From Isurus oxyrinchus (taxonomy: Eukaryota), in assembly GCA_026770705.1 (NCBI GenBank), contig JANJGN010000029.1:9920001-9984000 (forward strand): a DNA stretch of 64,000 bases, read 5' to 3'. The stretch's first letter is position 1; each line of letters starts with the position of its first letter. Below the pieces are notes generated by a model. That model searched no databases and was not told the DNA's origin. It saw only the letters and a list, made by a program, of their open reading frames with translations. Positions 10,756 to 23,450 of this stretch are shown here, piece after piece. A program made the translations under genes and the position numbers.

Positions 10756-13700
10756 TTTTTTCCTTAGCTGAGCATTTCTATTTGAATTAAAATCCTAACA
10801 GTAACATGGTTTATGTTGTTAAAGTTATTGCACAACCAAAATTTTTAACAGGGCTCCCAGGATTTGCCACTCAAAGCAAATAATTCACTTTCACACTACA
10901 GCTGAATAAACAATTCTTATATAAAGTTTTTTTTTACTGTAAAAGCAAAGACTAGGACAAAATAATATCAGTGCGTCCTGGGAAATGATGTGGGCAACAT
11001 GCCTAGATTGCAAGAGCCACCTTAAGCCAACAGGGTCGAAACAATGGGCAAATATTTTAATTTGTCCTTTGTGGGCAATACCGGTAAGGCCACATGTGTT
11101 GTCCATCCCCAACTCGAGAAGGTGCTGGTGGGCTTTCCCATTGAACTGCTGCAGTTTATTTTTGAAAAACTGTTTTGATTGATTTCATTGGTTTGACTTC
11201 CTCCTTGTTTTGTTTAGCTCTCCAGACTGGTTATTCAAGATCTGCTGCTTTCATAAATCCTTAGTTTCCAATTTACATTATTCTCGCTCTTTGCTGACTC
11301 GGTGTTTCCCCCACCATTTCCTGTTTATTGCATTTTTATTTTGAGCTGATCAGAAACTCGCTGAAATGTGTTACCAGAAGTGGATATTATTGATTAGGTA
11401 CATGGGGAAGAACTTCCAATGGAACAGCCACCCTTTACACCCCTGATGCGATACATAGGGCAGAACTTGCAATAGATTGGCCACCCCTTATATGCACCTC
11501 ATCCACTTTTCCCTTTCATTGATTACAGTTTTCATACCTTTGCTGAGGTTGAAGTTCCTGCATACAAAAAACACATTGTATTCAGCAAATACCTGTGCCT
11601 GTTACACCTAGGATCATGTTCACTCATTTCTGTCACACACTGTATAAAAGTAGAAAGCCAGGCTGGCCTAAACTGAGCTGAAGAAGAAAGGAGAGTTCCA
11701 TCTTGTGGCCTTAAAGGAATACCGAGTTCTATCCTGTTGTCCTTTAGCAGCTGAATATATTGTGCATTATGTGGCGTAATTCCCCTGTCTTTTTATAAGC
11801 CGTCATATTCTCTGATCCATTGTGAACAGTGGCATGTATAACTGCCACTGTAAATAAGTTTGATTGGTACTGGCATGTGGTCTTAACGCTTATCATTATA
11901 ATGGAAACAATCCACTTCACTATCTTTCCCCTGACCCAGTAGTTCTGAAATATATTGATATTTTCACTGTTAATGATCGAGAGAGAAAATTCAAATAGCT
12001 TTGTGACCAGTTATTAAAATGCACAGTATTCAGAACATTGACTGAGGTGTGTTGGGAACTGAGTGAACTATGAAAGTCATCCCAGCTCCATTTTTGAATA
12101 AATTATGCAAAGTAGAGACCTATGAATAACAACAAATTTATTTAGTATTCCATATCACTACACAAGTGGTTTATTAATTACTTTGCCAATTTTATGAGCA
12201 ACTATAACCAATAGAAAAAATTGTGAAAAATGGTTTTGTGGCTGGCATCCAGTTCTTGGGACATCATATAAACTGTGAAGTAGTTTATTAGAAGATAAAT
12301 GATAGATTATGAAGATCAATTCTCCCTGATCAAGCATAGTTGATGTTGTGTAATCTGACACCTTCTGATGTAGTGTATGCAAGTTGCATTAAAAATAGAT
12401 TATTCATAGCACTGTCAAAAACACTGGATTTCCACTGGGGAGATGATTTATATCAGTTTCTTCTCCCTCCCTCCTTTTCTTTTTACAGGATTTAGAAAAT
12501 TTTAAAGCTGTGAAAATGACTGAAATTATACTGATCACAGCATCTTAAATCTGCTGTGCACTGAAAAACAAATGAGAAATATCTTCATTTTCCCTTCTCT
12601 TTGAGTCCGTCACTTGAGGCAGTTTATGCTGTAAATACCACATTTTCCTTCCACCATGAATTTGACAGCATATACTGAATAGGAAACCCTTTTTTTGAAG
12701 TACAGATTACTGCAGTAAGTATTAATCTACCATTTAATCACTTCTGTACTTTTAAAGTGCTGGATTTGGTCGTCATTGTGCTACATTAGACATTACAGAA
12801 GTCAGCTAATGAACAGAAGCTGCTAGTTGGAGCTGTGATTTACAGTTGATATCAGTGTGCTTTTAATTATCATTTGAATTTTATGACTGCTTTTTATTGG
12901 GTGAATCGTGTATGAAATCAGTTGCGATTTGCACAGACCAATTAACACCACTTTCCTAACCACAGCCTCAGCATGAGAGCAGTGAGCAGCACATCAAAAT
13001 GACCCCTTGTAAAATGCAATGACAGGCTGGGCAAAAAAAAGCGTAACTTGGCATCCCAGATGAAATACGAAAGTGGATGTCAATTAATGAATCAGTGATG
13101 ATGCCTCCTCAGTCAGGCAGGCTGAGCTTGAAGCATCTAATATACATTTTTTGCTAGCCATCCTGGTGGTCGTTTGCATCGTCCCCCAGGAATTGTTTGG
13201 CAGTAGTGCCCCAAGCCCCTCTATGCTTCATTTGGCTGTGCTCCACATCATCCGTTTAATCATGATTACTATCGTCAGCTAAGTTTCAATGGGAAGATGC
13301 AGTGTAGGTTATAGAGTAATGAAATGATAGTCAGGCCCATACCACAGGCCTGTGCTGATGTTTATTGTGATCCAAAAGCCTGTTTTATATTTGATTGTGT
13401 AATTATGGAACTGTAAGCTATGTAGAAAGACATATTTAGCAATACTGACTTTTGGTTAAAAGGAGCAAGGCTTGAAATTATTTTGATTTATGAACTTAAT
13501 GTTTTCTGAGCCAACTTAACTAGTGAAATGATGATTTATTGAGAGTCAAATAATCTTTGCATCTGAGGTTTACAGTAAATATATAAAGGATATCCCCTAG
13601 GTACTGATTTTAATACAAAATATAATTACTGGCAGACCTGACCTCATAACCCATGTGTGACTGAATTGTGAGTGGGTTGTGAAAGTCAGGTCAAACTTGA

Positions 13701-14049
13701 GCATTCACTGGGCTCCTGGGGGATGTTACTTTGTACTGACCATTCTAAGATTGGTGTATAAATGTAGTTAATAAAAAATGTGTCCGCTGCAACTCCATTT
13801 ACATTTCTTTCTAACCACCCCATAAATTGAAAGATCAAGCCTAGGTAGCAGTGCCTCAGGAAATATCCTGGATTTACTCACCAGTAAATCCTGTAGGGGA
13901 CAATCTGAATTCTGCTTGATCACTCCCACTACAGGCTAACCAGGATTGGGAACTTGTGTGGGGAATTACTGCAGCCTTGTTTAATTGTTTCTCTCTAAAC
14001 ATGTAGTTACCTCTAAACAATGCAAAACTTGATTTTTTTTAAGTGCTTT

Positions 14050-14355
14050 GATGGACTGAATAGGGAAAGATTATTCCCTCTGGTTGGGAGTCAGTGAAAA
14101 GGGATATCAATTTTAAGTTATGACAGAGAAAGTGAGTAGAGAGATCAGGAGAAACGTCTTTATATAGAGGATTGTAGGAGCATGGAATGATTTGGTATAG
14201 GGAATAGTGGAAGGAGAGACCATTGCACCTTTTAAAGGAAAATTGGATAACATTTGAAACTGGGGGATGAGCGTAAGGACAAGTTTTGGATTGCTGTAAT
14301 AAAATGCCAGCACAGACACGGCCTCCTTTTGTCCTCTAACCTCCTGTGATTCTGT
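14050..14355 (+). mobile_element. CR1 3' fragment, degenerate
   Basis: agggaaagattattccctctggttgggag..tttaaaggaaaattggata..ggcctccttttgtcc..tgtgattctgtg. Confidence 0.55.
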
Positions 14356-15214
14356 GTATCGGAACTTGGTCTTCCTCTGGCATTTCTGTGGTTGTCTTTT
14401 TTTAATCGGGAAATTCTTACATTGCAGTTCTCAATAAAGATTGAATAGTACACAATAAAAGATCCCCAGTAATACACTTGTATAAACAATCAACGCACAC
14501 CAACCATGAATGGTAATGTGCAATAGTTTCTGCCACTGCGATGTATGTGAAAGAAACACCTTGAGAAGCTGATAGATAAACTGATTCACCTTGCTGTTGA
14601 TCTACTGAAGTTCTGTTCTCTAGGTTATTTCATTGTATGTTCCCCAGGCACTGTCGTTTATTACTTAAATTATTTGGTGAGGATGTCAACACATCCCAGA
14701 CCATGAAACAGAGTGTGCACCTTAGTTGTGTGACGAGAGTCATTATTCACTCATGGCTACTGTCAGCTGTGGAATGTGCTGTCTTACCCATTTGAGAGTT
14801 TTTTTTTAAGGGCTATACATTCTGGAATACAGCATTTTGCACTGGTTCTTACAAAATATTGTCATTCCACTTTGATTTATTTTGGTTCTGCAGCTTCTTT
14901 TCCCTCTTTTTCTTAAACCCTAAAGCAGTCTCTTTTCCCCTTTAAACAGATAATAAGAGCTGTGATTTTAGACCATAGTCAGCGCAATGTGCATACAGAT
15001 TGATCAGGATAAGCACTTCTGTTGATGCAGTGGTTTCTTACAGTTTTCTACGTTCTGAAGTACTTTGCTACACAGCTTCAAGATCAGCAATATGGCGAGT
15101 GGACTGACCAAGCACTGATGGCAGCATGCTGAATAAGGGTAGATCAGATGCTGAATCTGAACGTGGGTTTTGACTAGAGTTTTGAGCTTTGGACTTGCTG
15201 GATTGGGAGTGATT

Positions 15215-15830
15215 TAAAAAATAATTTTTCATTCACAAGATGTGAGCATCACCAGGCCAGCATTTATCGCCCATCCCTATTTGCTTTTGAGAAGAGGTGG
15301 TGGATTTTCATGAGCTGCAGCCTGTGATGATGACAGTACTCCCGCAGTACTGTTAGGTAGAAGATCCAGGATTTTGACTAAGCAACAATTAAGAACATTA
15401 TACATTTCCAAGTCAGGATGGTATGTGACTTGGAGGGGAACTTGCAGGTGATGGTGTTCGCATGCTGCTGCTGCCTTTGTCCTTCTAAGTGGTAGAAGGT
15501 ACAGGCTTGGGAAGTCTAAGAAACCTTGGCGAGTTGCCACAGTGCCTGTTACAGATAGTACACACTACTACTACTGGAGGGAGCAAATGCTTAAGGTGGT
15601 GGATGCTGATCAAGCGGACTGCTTTTGCCTGGATGTTGTTGAGTCTCTTGAGTGCTGTTGGAATTGCACTCACCCAAGTAAGTGGGGAGTATTCCATCAC
15701 TGACTTGCGCCTTGTAGATGGTGGACAGGCTTTGGGGAGTTGAGCGGTGAGTTACTCACTGCAGAATTCCCAGCTCCTGACCTGCTCTGGTAGTCACAGC
15801 ATTTATATGCCTGGTCCACTTAAGGTTCTG
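15215..15830 (-). mobile_element. LINE family A 3' fragment
   Basis: MMEYSPLTWVSAIPTALKRLNNIQAKAVRLI plus the family tail. Confidence 0.8.
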
Positions 15831-18129
15831 GTACTCTATCTCTTAAGCTATTTAATATGCCTTTTTTTTAGGTGTCATTCATCTTTCACATGACACACAC
15901 AATTCTTCAGACAAGAGGGCAGACAGGTTATAGTCTCTAGGCCTTGCTGCTGATTTTGTTCAGACAGCTACTGCAAACTGCTTGAGCAAGGGTTTTGGCT
16001 ACTTTCAGTCCAGTATTTTTCCTCTACCTCCCTCCCTTAAGGAACACTATACATCCAGTATTTCTATAGTAACTTTTCATTCACCCCTTGCCATCCTCTT
16101 CCTTCCATGCCTCATTGCCCATGACAACTGAGATAATTCTAAGAATGAGCAGTACTCATATTTCTGTGAATCAGTGCATCATTGTAAGATTCTACCTGTA
16201 TTTTAAAATCTGCCCACATTACCTGTGAAATTATGTTACCAACTAATTTTCATAGTGAATTCCCATTTTCAGCCTGAGTTATATGACCATGAATAAGCCT
16301 TGTTTCTTTCCTCTTCTTTCTCAGTTTCCTTTTTTCTCTATCTCACTGCTTCCTCTCTATCTCTCTCCTTTTCACTCCTATTATTCGGTCTCCCCTGCTT
16401 TCTTGCACTCTCCTTTCACTGGAGAATTGGCAAATTAAAAAGTTCATTCTGTTATATTTATGTATAGTTTGTTGGAATATGTCTGGTAGTCTGTCAGTTT
16501 TACCAGTACAATTGACTCACATCCTGTGCAAGTTGCAGCTTGAATCATAGTGCAAGCTTTATAGGCTCACTACATTTAACCTTTGGGCTTGTGACAATGT
16601 CACCATCATAGATGTCAAGCTTGCTGTTAAGTTCATTAATTTTCTACCTAGACTCTGAAGGGGGCTTCAGGTAATCCACTACCATATATGTGTTAACCAG
16701 TAGAAAATTTAGTTTTTTTTTGAAGTATTGTCTTATTATTTATATTGATTTGATACAGCGCCATGCATGCATGTCTTTTAAGAGGTTAGATTTGACTTCC
16801 CTATGGAGGCAGCCTTGTCACCAGGGTTAATATTGATACTCAACTCAGTTGCACAGATCAGGTTCACGTGAACACTGAAGAAAATGATGGTAAAAGCCTT
16901 TCAGTATTCATGCTTAAAGCTCAGTATGTTTTTTTTTCCATCCTCCCCCACTGCTCTGAGCCACTGAGACTTCTCCCTGTATCAGCTCTGGGCATGGAGA
17001 TGCTTCTAGAGAGATGAATTGCCATAATGGAAATAGTGAGCGATGATTCACCAGCCATGCTCTGTATAATTACCTGCAGGCATGTCCACTTCATCCTGTG
17101 TATGTCATCCTCATCATTGCACTGACTACATTAAAAATATTACTTCTCATCTCTAAGCAGACTTGCTAAATGCCTCAATGTTCAAGAACAGATATTGAAG
17201 TTTCAAAATTATGAAATATTTCAACAGAAACTAAGCTGTCTTGCAAAGAGCATATAATATTGTAAGGGGAGAGGGAAGGGAAGCAGGCTAGCACTAAGAT
17301 TTTTTTTTACAAGAGTTCCTGATATTTTCCAGGTAGATTTGAATGTAGCAACATTTAACACTCCTACAAAGAATTATAGTAATTGTTGCTTCTTAGCTGA
17401 GAAACATCACCTCTGAGACTTAATATGTTATATTCATGCCTCTGTAAATAACTAGTCTGCTCTCGACAAGAAGGAAGGTGTGTGATTGTTATGTTCTTAA
17501 TACCTGCACAATAATGTGCGCCATTCATGGGCTAATGGGAAAAAATATTCCAAGGGGAGTCACTTTCAATAGTTCCCCTTTCATATCTCAGATATATAGT
17601 TAATTAAAACTCTAGCTGCACTCCCCTAATGGGTTAGTGAATAAAGACAGTGCCTGGTATAGGACCAAACTGATTGAGGTTCCAGCTTTGACTTATCTTT
17701 GCTCATCTCAGCTGGAGCAGCAGTAGGGGCACCATGATTCACCCCAGCTTCTGTGGCCTAAAGAGGGGAAATTTCAATCAAGGCTCCCATTTCTGAGAGT
17801 GACCCTTAATTTGACCTAATCTGGCAATCTCGCTGCAGGAACTGGAAGAATCCACACTGAGAGAGTGGGGCCACTCTTTTGAAATTGGCATTGACCTGGG
17901 AGTGCTTCATACTGATTGACACTGGTACTAAAATTGTGTTCTACTTCTCAGCATTAAAGTCCCTCATCTAAATGATCCATAAAACATCACAGGAAAAATT
18001 GAGATTTGGGGTTCTATGGTAATGAGTTTTGTTGGCTTTTAAGTGCGTAAATGGTTCAATGCAGATCAAAATCAATTAAAAGTTCAAATGTAACTTTATG
18101 ACATGAGCTGCATTACTTGATTCAAATGA

Positions 18130-19385
18130 ACAGGAGAAGGCCATTCAGCCCCATGATTCTATTCCACTATTCAATTAAATCATGGTTGATCTGTACCTTA
18201 ACTCCATCTACCCACTTTAGTCTCTTAACTCGTAAAATACCATTAATCTATCAATCTCAGTTTTGACATTTTTTTAGTTGACCTCCAACCTCAACAGCTT
18301 TTTGGGAAATTTTGATTACCCTTTGTGTGAAAAAATAATTTCTGATATCACATCCATGAATGACCTTGCTCTAATTCTAAGGTTATACTTCCTGGATCTG
18401 GACTCTCCCAGCAAAGGAAATAGTTTGTATCTATCTAACCTATCAACTTCTTTAATCACCTCTTAATCTTCTCCCTCTTAATATTCCCCTAAAGGCAGTA
18501 CAAAACCTTGTCTCAATGCAAGTTGTTCTCATAATTTAACCCTTTCAGCTCAGTATTGTTCTGGTGGATCTGAATCCCCTCCAAGGCCAATATATTCTTC
18601 CTGAGCTGCAGTGGCCTGAACTGAATGCAGCACTCCAGATGGATTCTAAACAGAACTCTGTACAGCTGTAGCATAACTACCACCCCTTGTATTCTAGTCC
18701 TTTCAAGATTTGGACCAACATTAGTCTTTTAATGTTTTTTTTGTACCTCTCCATTTATTTTTAGTGATTTCTGTACTTGGACCCCTTAAATATCTTCGCT
18801 CATCCACCATTCCTATCTTCTCGCCATTTAGAAAATACCTTGATCTATCTACTTTGGGTCCAAATCAGATGACCACACATACTTTCCCATATTGAATTCC
18901 ATCTGCCACAATTTTGTCAATTCACTTCATTTATCAACATCCCTTGCAACTTTCTGCTCCCATCTACACTGTTTGCTCTGTCAACTAACTTAATGTTGTT
19001 AGCAAACTTAGATATATATGCCTCTCTATTCCTTCACCCAGGTCATCTATAGATATAGTGGAACACAAATGCTCTATTACACATCTCTGGGGTTTACCAC
19101 TAGTCACTCCTGCCAATTTGACTGCCTAACTGTTATTCTACTTTCTTCTCCTACCTGCTAATGAATTTCTTATCCAAGTCAACAATTGCCTCCAATTCCA
19201 TGCGTATCATTTTTGTTACAGTCTCATATGTGAAACCTTGCAGAATGTCTCCTGGAAGTCCATATAAACAAAAACCTTAGATACCAGCTTATCTACCAGG
19301 TACATCTGTTACTTCTTTAAACAACTCAACCAAGTTCATGAGACATGACTTGCTCTTTACAAATCCATGCTGGCTCTCTCTGATC
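18130..19385 (-). mobile_element. Old CR1 fragment (RT to 3' end)
   Basis: LIRESQHGFVKSKSCLMNLVELFKEVT at the 5' side and aggagaaggccattcagccc at the tail. Confidence 0.75.
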
Positions 19386-19734
19386 AGCTGACTGGTCTGC
19401 ATGGAACTTTTGTTCCTTACGTGAACCTCCTGGAATGGCTGAAATTTTGAACTTTTCCAGCAATTGTGTACTAAATTAAAAATGTTCAATAGAAACCATA
19501 CCACTAGCAGTAAAGTCTGGACCTTAAGTTAGCTAATTTAAATAGACCCTGTGATCAGAGCTGTGACCGCAACCATACTCCTTGCCATCAACATATTGCT
19601 GGTCTGATTACAGTGAACATATTGTCAGCCTTATTTGGTTCCTATTTTTTGGATAAAATTAATATTTCCCATTTGTATCCTTCATGGATATATATCAACA
19701 TTTTTGTAATTTTCTCTCGGAATATAGGCAACAA

Positions 19735-20205
19735 TGCAAGATTGTTACCTGGAATGGGTGGGTTGTCTTATGAGGCAAGGTTGGTCTTGTTTCCGCTGGA
19801 GTTTAGAAGAGTGAGGGGTGACTTGATTGAAACATATAAGATCCTGAACAGTATTGACAAAGTGGACGTGGAAAGGATGTTTCCTTTTGTGGGTCAGCCC
19901 AGAACTGGGGGGGGGAGGGGGTGGGCACTGTTTTAAAATTAGGCGTCGCCCTTTTAGGGCAGAGACAAGGAGAAACTTTTTCTCTGAGGGTTGTGCGACT
20001 TTGGAATTCGCCGTCTCAAAGGCAGTGGAGGTGGGGGTCATTGAATATTTTTAAGGCAGATATAGATTCTTGTTAGGCAAGGGAATCAAAGGTTATCAGG
20101 TGTAGATGGGGATGTGGAATTCAAAACACAAACAGATCAGTCATCATGAATGTCGGAGCAGGCTCATGGGGCCAAATGGCCTAGTTCTCCTATTTCGTAT
20201 GTTTG
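19735..20205 (+). mobile_element. CR1 3' fragment
   Basis: LLPGMGGLSYEARLVLFPLEFRRVRGDLIETYKILNSIDKVDVERMFP. Confidence 0.85.
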
Positions 20206-20394
20206 TATCATCCCATTGCCCATCCCTAGTTGCCTTGGGAAGGTGATTGTAGGGTTTCTAGAGCCACTGCAGTTCTTGTGCTGATGACACTCCCAACTAT
20301 TCAGAAATTAATTAGAATATTCCATTATTTACATTAAAAAGTTGCATTTTCTAGCCAAACTGATTTACAAGGGTGAAGCCAGAAATGCATAGGT

Positions 20395-20810
20395 TTACGT
20401 ATCAGGAAAGGATTGACAGACTGGGTCTCCTCTTGAAAAAAGAAGGCTGAGGGGTAACCCAGTAGAGGTCTTTAAAATTCTGAAAGGTTTTGATAGAGTG
20501 GATACTGAGAGAATGTTCCCTCTTGTGGGGAAGGGAATAATTAGAGGCCATCAATATAAGATAGTCACCAAGAAATCCAATAGGGCGTTCAGAAGAAATT
20601 TCTTCAACCAAATAGTGGTGAGAATGTAGAACTCATTACCATGGGGATTGGTTGAAGTAAATAAAGTAGATGTATTTAAGGAGAAGCTAGACAAGCATGT
20701 GGGTGAAGGGAGATTGGTACAATGGTAGATTTAGATGAGGAATGTTGGGAGGAGGCTCAAGTGGAGCATAAACATGGGAATGGCCTATTTCTGTGCCTTA
20801 TATATTAAAT
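20395..20810 (+). mobile_element. CR1 3' fragment
   Basis: tatcaggaaaggattgacagactgggtctc..gagaatgttccctcttgtgggg..gggaggaggctcaagtggagcataaac. Confidence 0.75.
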
Positions 20811-23289
20811 GCCCATGCCTATGTACTCCTACATGCTTACAGAATAGAGGCATCACTTGAAAGGAGTCTGTAAAAATGTGTCAAACTTTTTACTTGTGCA
20901 CCTGTTTAGCATCTACTGAATGTTTTTAGGTTGCTTTCACATTGGTGTTTCCACTGGACAATACCACTTCTGAGGCTGAGTGATGCAGAAATAGTTAAAG
21001 CTTTGTGTAAGTACATCTTAAATGCCTGTTTTGTCTTGCTAATAACAACATTACGTTACTAAAGTTGTAATACATTGACTGAGAAAGTGTTTGCTGATTT
21101 GGGGTATATTGAGTTACAGTCCTCTACCTCTTCCATGTGCTCTTGCTTTAAAACACTACATAAGTATCAGATATGTTCTAAAGCAAACAAGATTTGTAAT
21201 TGATATTCTAACAATACACATTGTGTGAATAGTTTTTCTGAAGGTAAGTAGTCTCTTGAGAACAGTCACTGGTTCACTCTGACCATTGGGCACCTAGACT
21301 CCACAAATCAGCGAAGCCGCCCTCTCAGAAGCCCTCTGGGGAGACTGTCAAAACAAACTTTGCAACATTCATATCGAACTGATCTTCGCTCTTTTTGCAC
21401 ATTGTCTAAGCTTTAAAGTGATAACCAGCAAAGCAACATTAGACAAATATACACTGGCACGTCAACTTGCAGCACCGTCATATTACAAGAAGCGCAATTA
21501 AAAATATGAAAGGATTATAGTATCATGATTTGGCTCCTTTATTTTACTCAGCAAGCCTTATACATCAGTGAGAATGTCGGTCAATGACCAAATGCTAGTG
21601 AATACTTGCAAATTTTTCTCTCTTTCAGAAATCTTCCTCTTTCTTTTCTCCAGGGCATTGATTTCTTGCAGGGTTATGGTGTCGCAGGTGACAATTGCAG
21701 TCTGGTGCCTTGCCCAATTGCCAACTTTTCATTTTGGGTCCTTGATGATGAGTGTTGGGAAGAATTTGTTCATTGGACAGTTGTGCCCAGTCCTGTCCTT
21801 GCCTAAATTTAACCTCCAGCACTGCTCTAGCTGCTTTTTCCCTTTACAGCCCAGCATTCTGAATAACGCCTCAACAATCCTTTTAACAAGATATTAGCAC
21901 AGCTGAAAGATTGAATTTTGGAATTTCTTTGCCTGAGCTATAAGCTGACAGTATATTGATAATCTAATCATTCTGTTTATCCTTCACAGAGAAATTTGTT
22001 TGGTTTCTTCAAACCACATGTCTTTTACCTTAATAGTTCTTGGATTTGAATCAGATTAGACACCAAGTATACAGCTATTAACTTTTAATTACTCTGCATT
22101 GCTATCCTAACTTGAAGGGAGTAACAAATTCCATTTATGTAAGCTAAAGTTGATGTTTTATTTTGTGGTGCTTAGGTGGAACATGATGTATTCTTGCACA
22201 TTTGATACTTCATGGAGTTTATTATAATAGCACAATGTTCTTTCTTTTATATAAATGTTTACATAAAATATAGCCTTTCATCACACAAAAGCTAAAATCT
22301 GTCTAAAATGTAATTTGATGTCATGTTCTAGCACAGTCATTTAATCAAACACAGTGATATATTCTTGCACATTCTGCGCATTCTGTTCTGTTATTTGTTC
22401 AACTACATCTTCACATTCACGAGATATTGCTTGAGTCTCAAAACCCCACATCTCGAGGTAAAATATTTGATTTGCAATTCAAAGCACTGAAATTAGTCAT
22501 TATGTTGTAGAAATGCTTATGCCATTCAATGCAAGAATACTGACTACGCCTATAGTTCATCAGCCATTCGTTGTAGCCAAATGCTGCAAACCCTTCAGTC
22601 CCGCTCTTTGGTATTTTATATGTTTGGCAATAGTTCTGGCTCACTTGGCAGGAATCTGTCAAATTTGACAAGGTCCTGATGAGTAATTATTACTAAACTT
22701 TAACCCACAGTACATAGGACAGTTTGCTGAGTTCAAGCAGTAATTTCACTGCTTCATGTTCCACGAAAAACTGAATTTGCAGATTTTGAGAACCCAGTCA
22801 TGGGCCTACGATCCTGTTTAACATTTTAGTGGTTATACCATATGAATCTGGCACAGTGACCTATGAACAACATTTTCACAACAGAGCTTTCATGCATTAA
22901 TGAAAGATTGTGTCTCATAAACTTGGCACATCATGTGCCACAGTGTGCAGAAGTGATGTTTCAGGCAGAAGAATCCCTGGCAGCTTTTACAAATACAGTA
23001 TTATTCAGGACATGCTTCAGGTTTTCACAAACAGCTGCATGACTGGTCTTGGACACTTCAGTTGGCCTGCTTGTAGTAATAATGTTTATGTCTATAAAAC
23101 TGACATCAGACCTTCTGTTCTTGAGGGCGCAGTTAAATTTAAATACTGTATTTGAAGGAGTAGCTTCATAGCTGATTACCTTTTTTTAATATCAATTTAA
23201 AGTAAAATTGAAGAGCTTGCATTAATTACCCTGTTACATAGGATATGTGGTTAGATTTTGTTTGAAAGCCAAACATTTGGTAAAAGATG

Positions 23290-23450
23290 AAAAGGAAAGT
23301 ACTGTGGAAATGTGATATTAAAAACAGAAAATGCTGAAAACAGAACAGGTAGCATCTGTGGAGAGAAACGTAAGGTTAACATTTCAGCCTCTCGTCAGAA
23401 GTATCAGTTCTGACCTGCTAAGCATTTCCAACATTTTCTGTTTTTATTTA
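23290..23450. repeat. Short inverted pair of Penelope terminal repeats
   Basis: aaaacagaaaatgctg..gcatctgtggagagaaac..ttaacatttcagcctctcgtcagaa, then gacctgctaagcatttccaacattttctgttttt. Confidence 0.65.
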
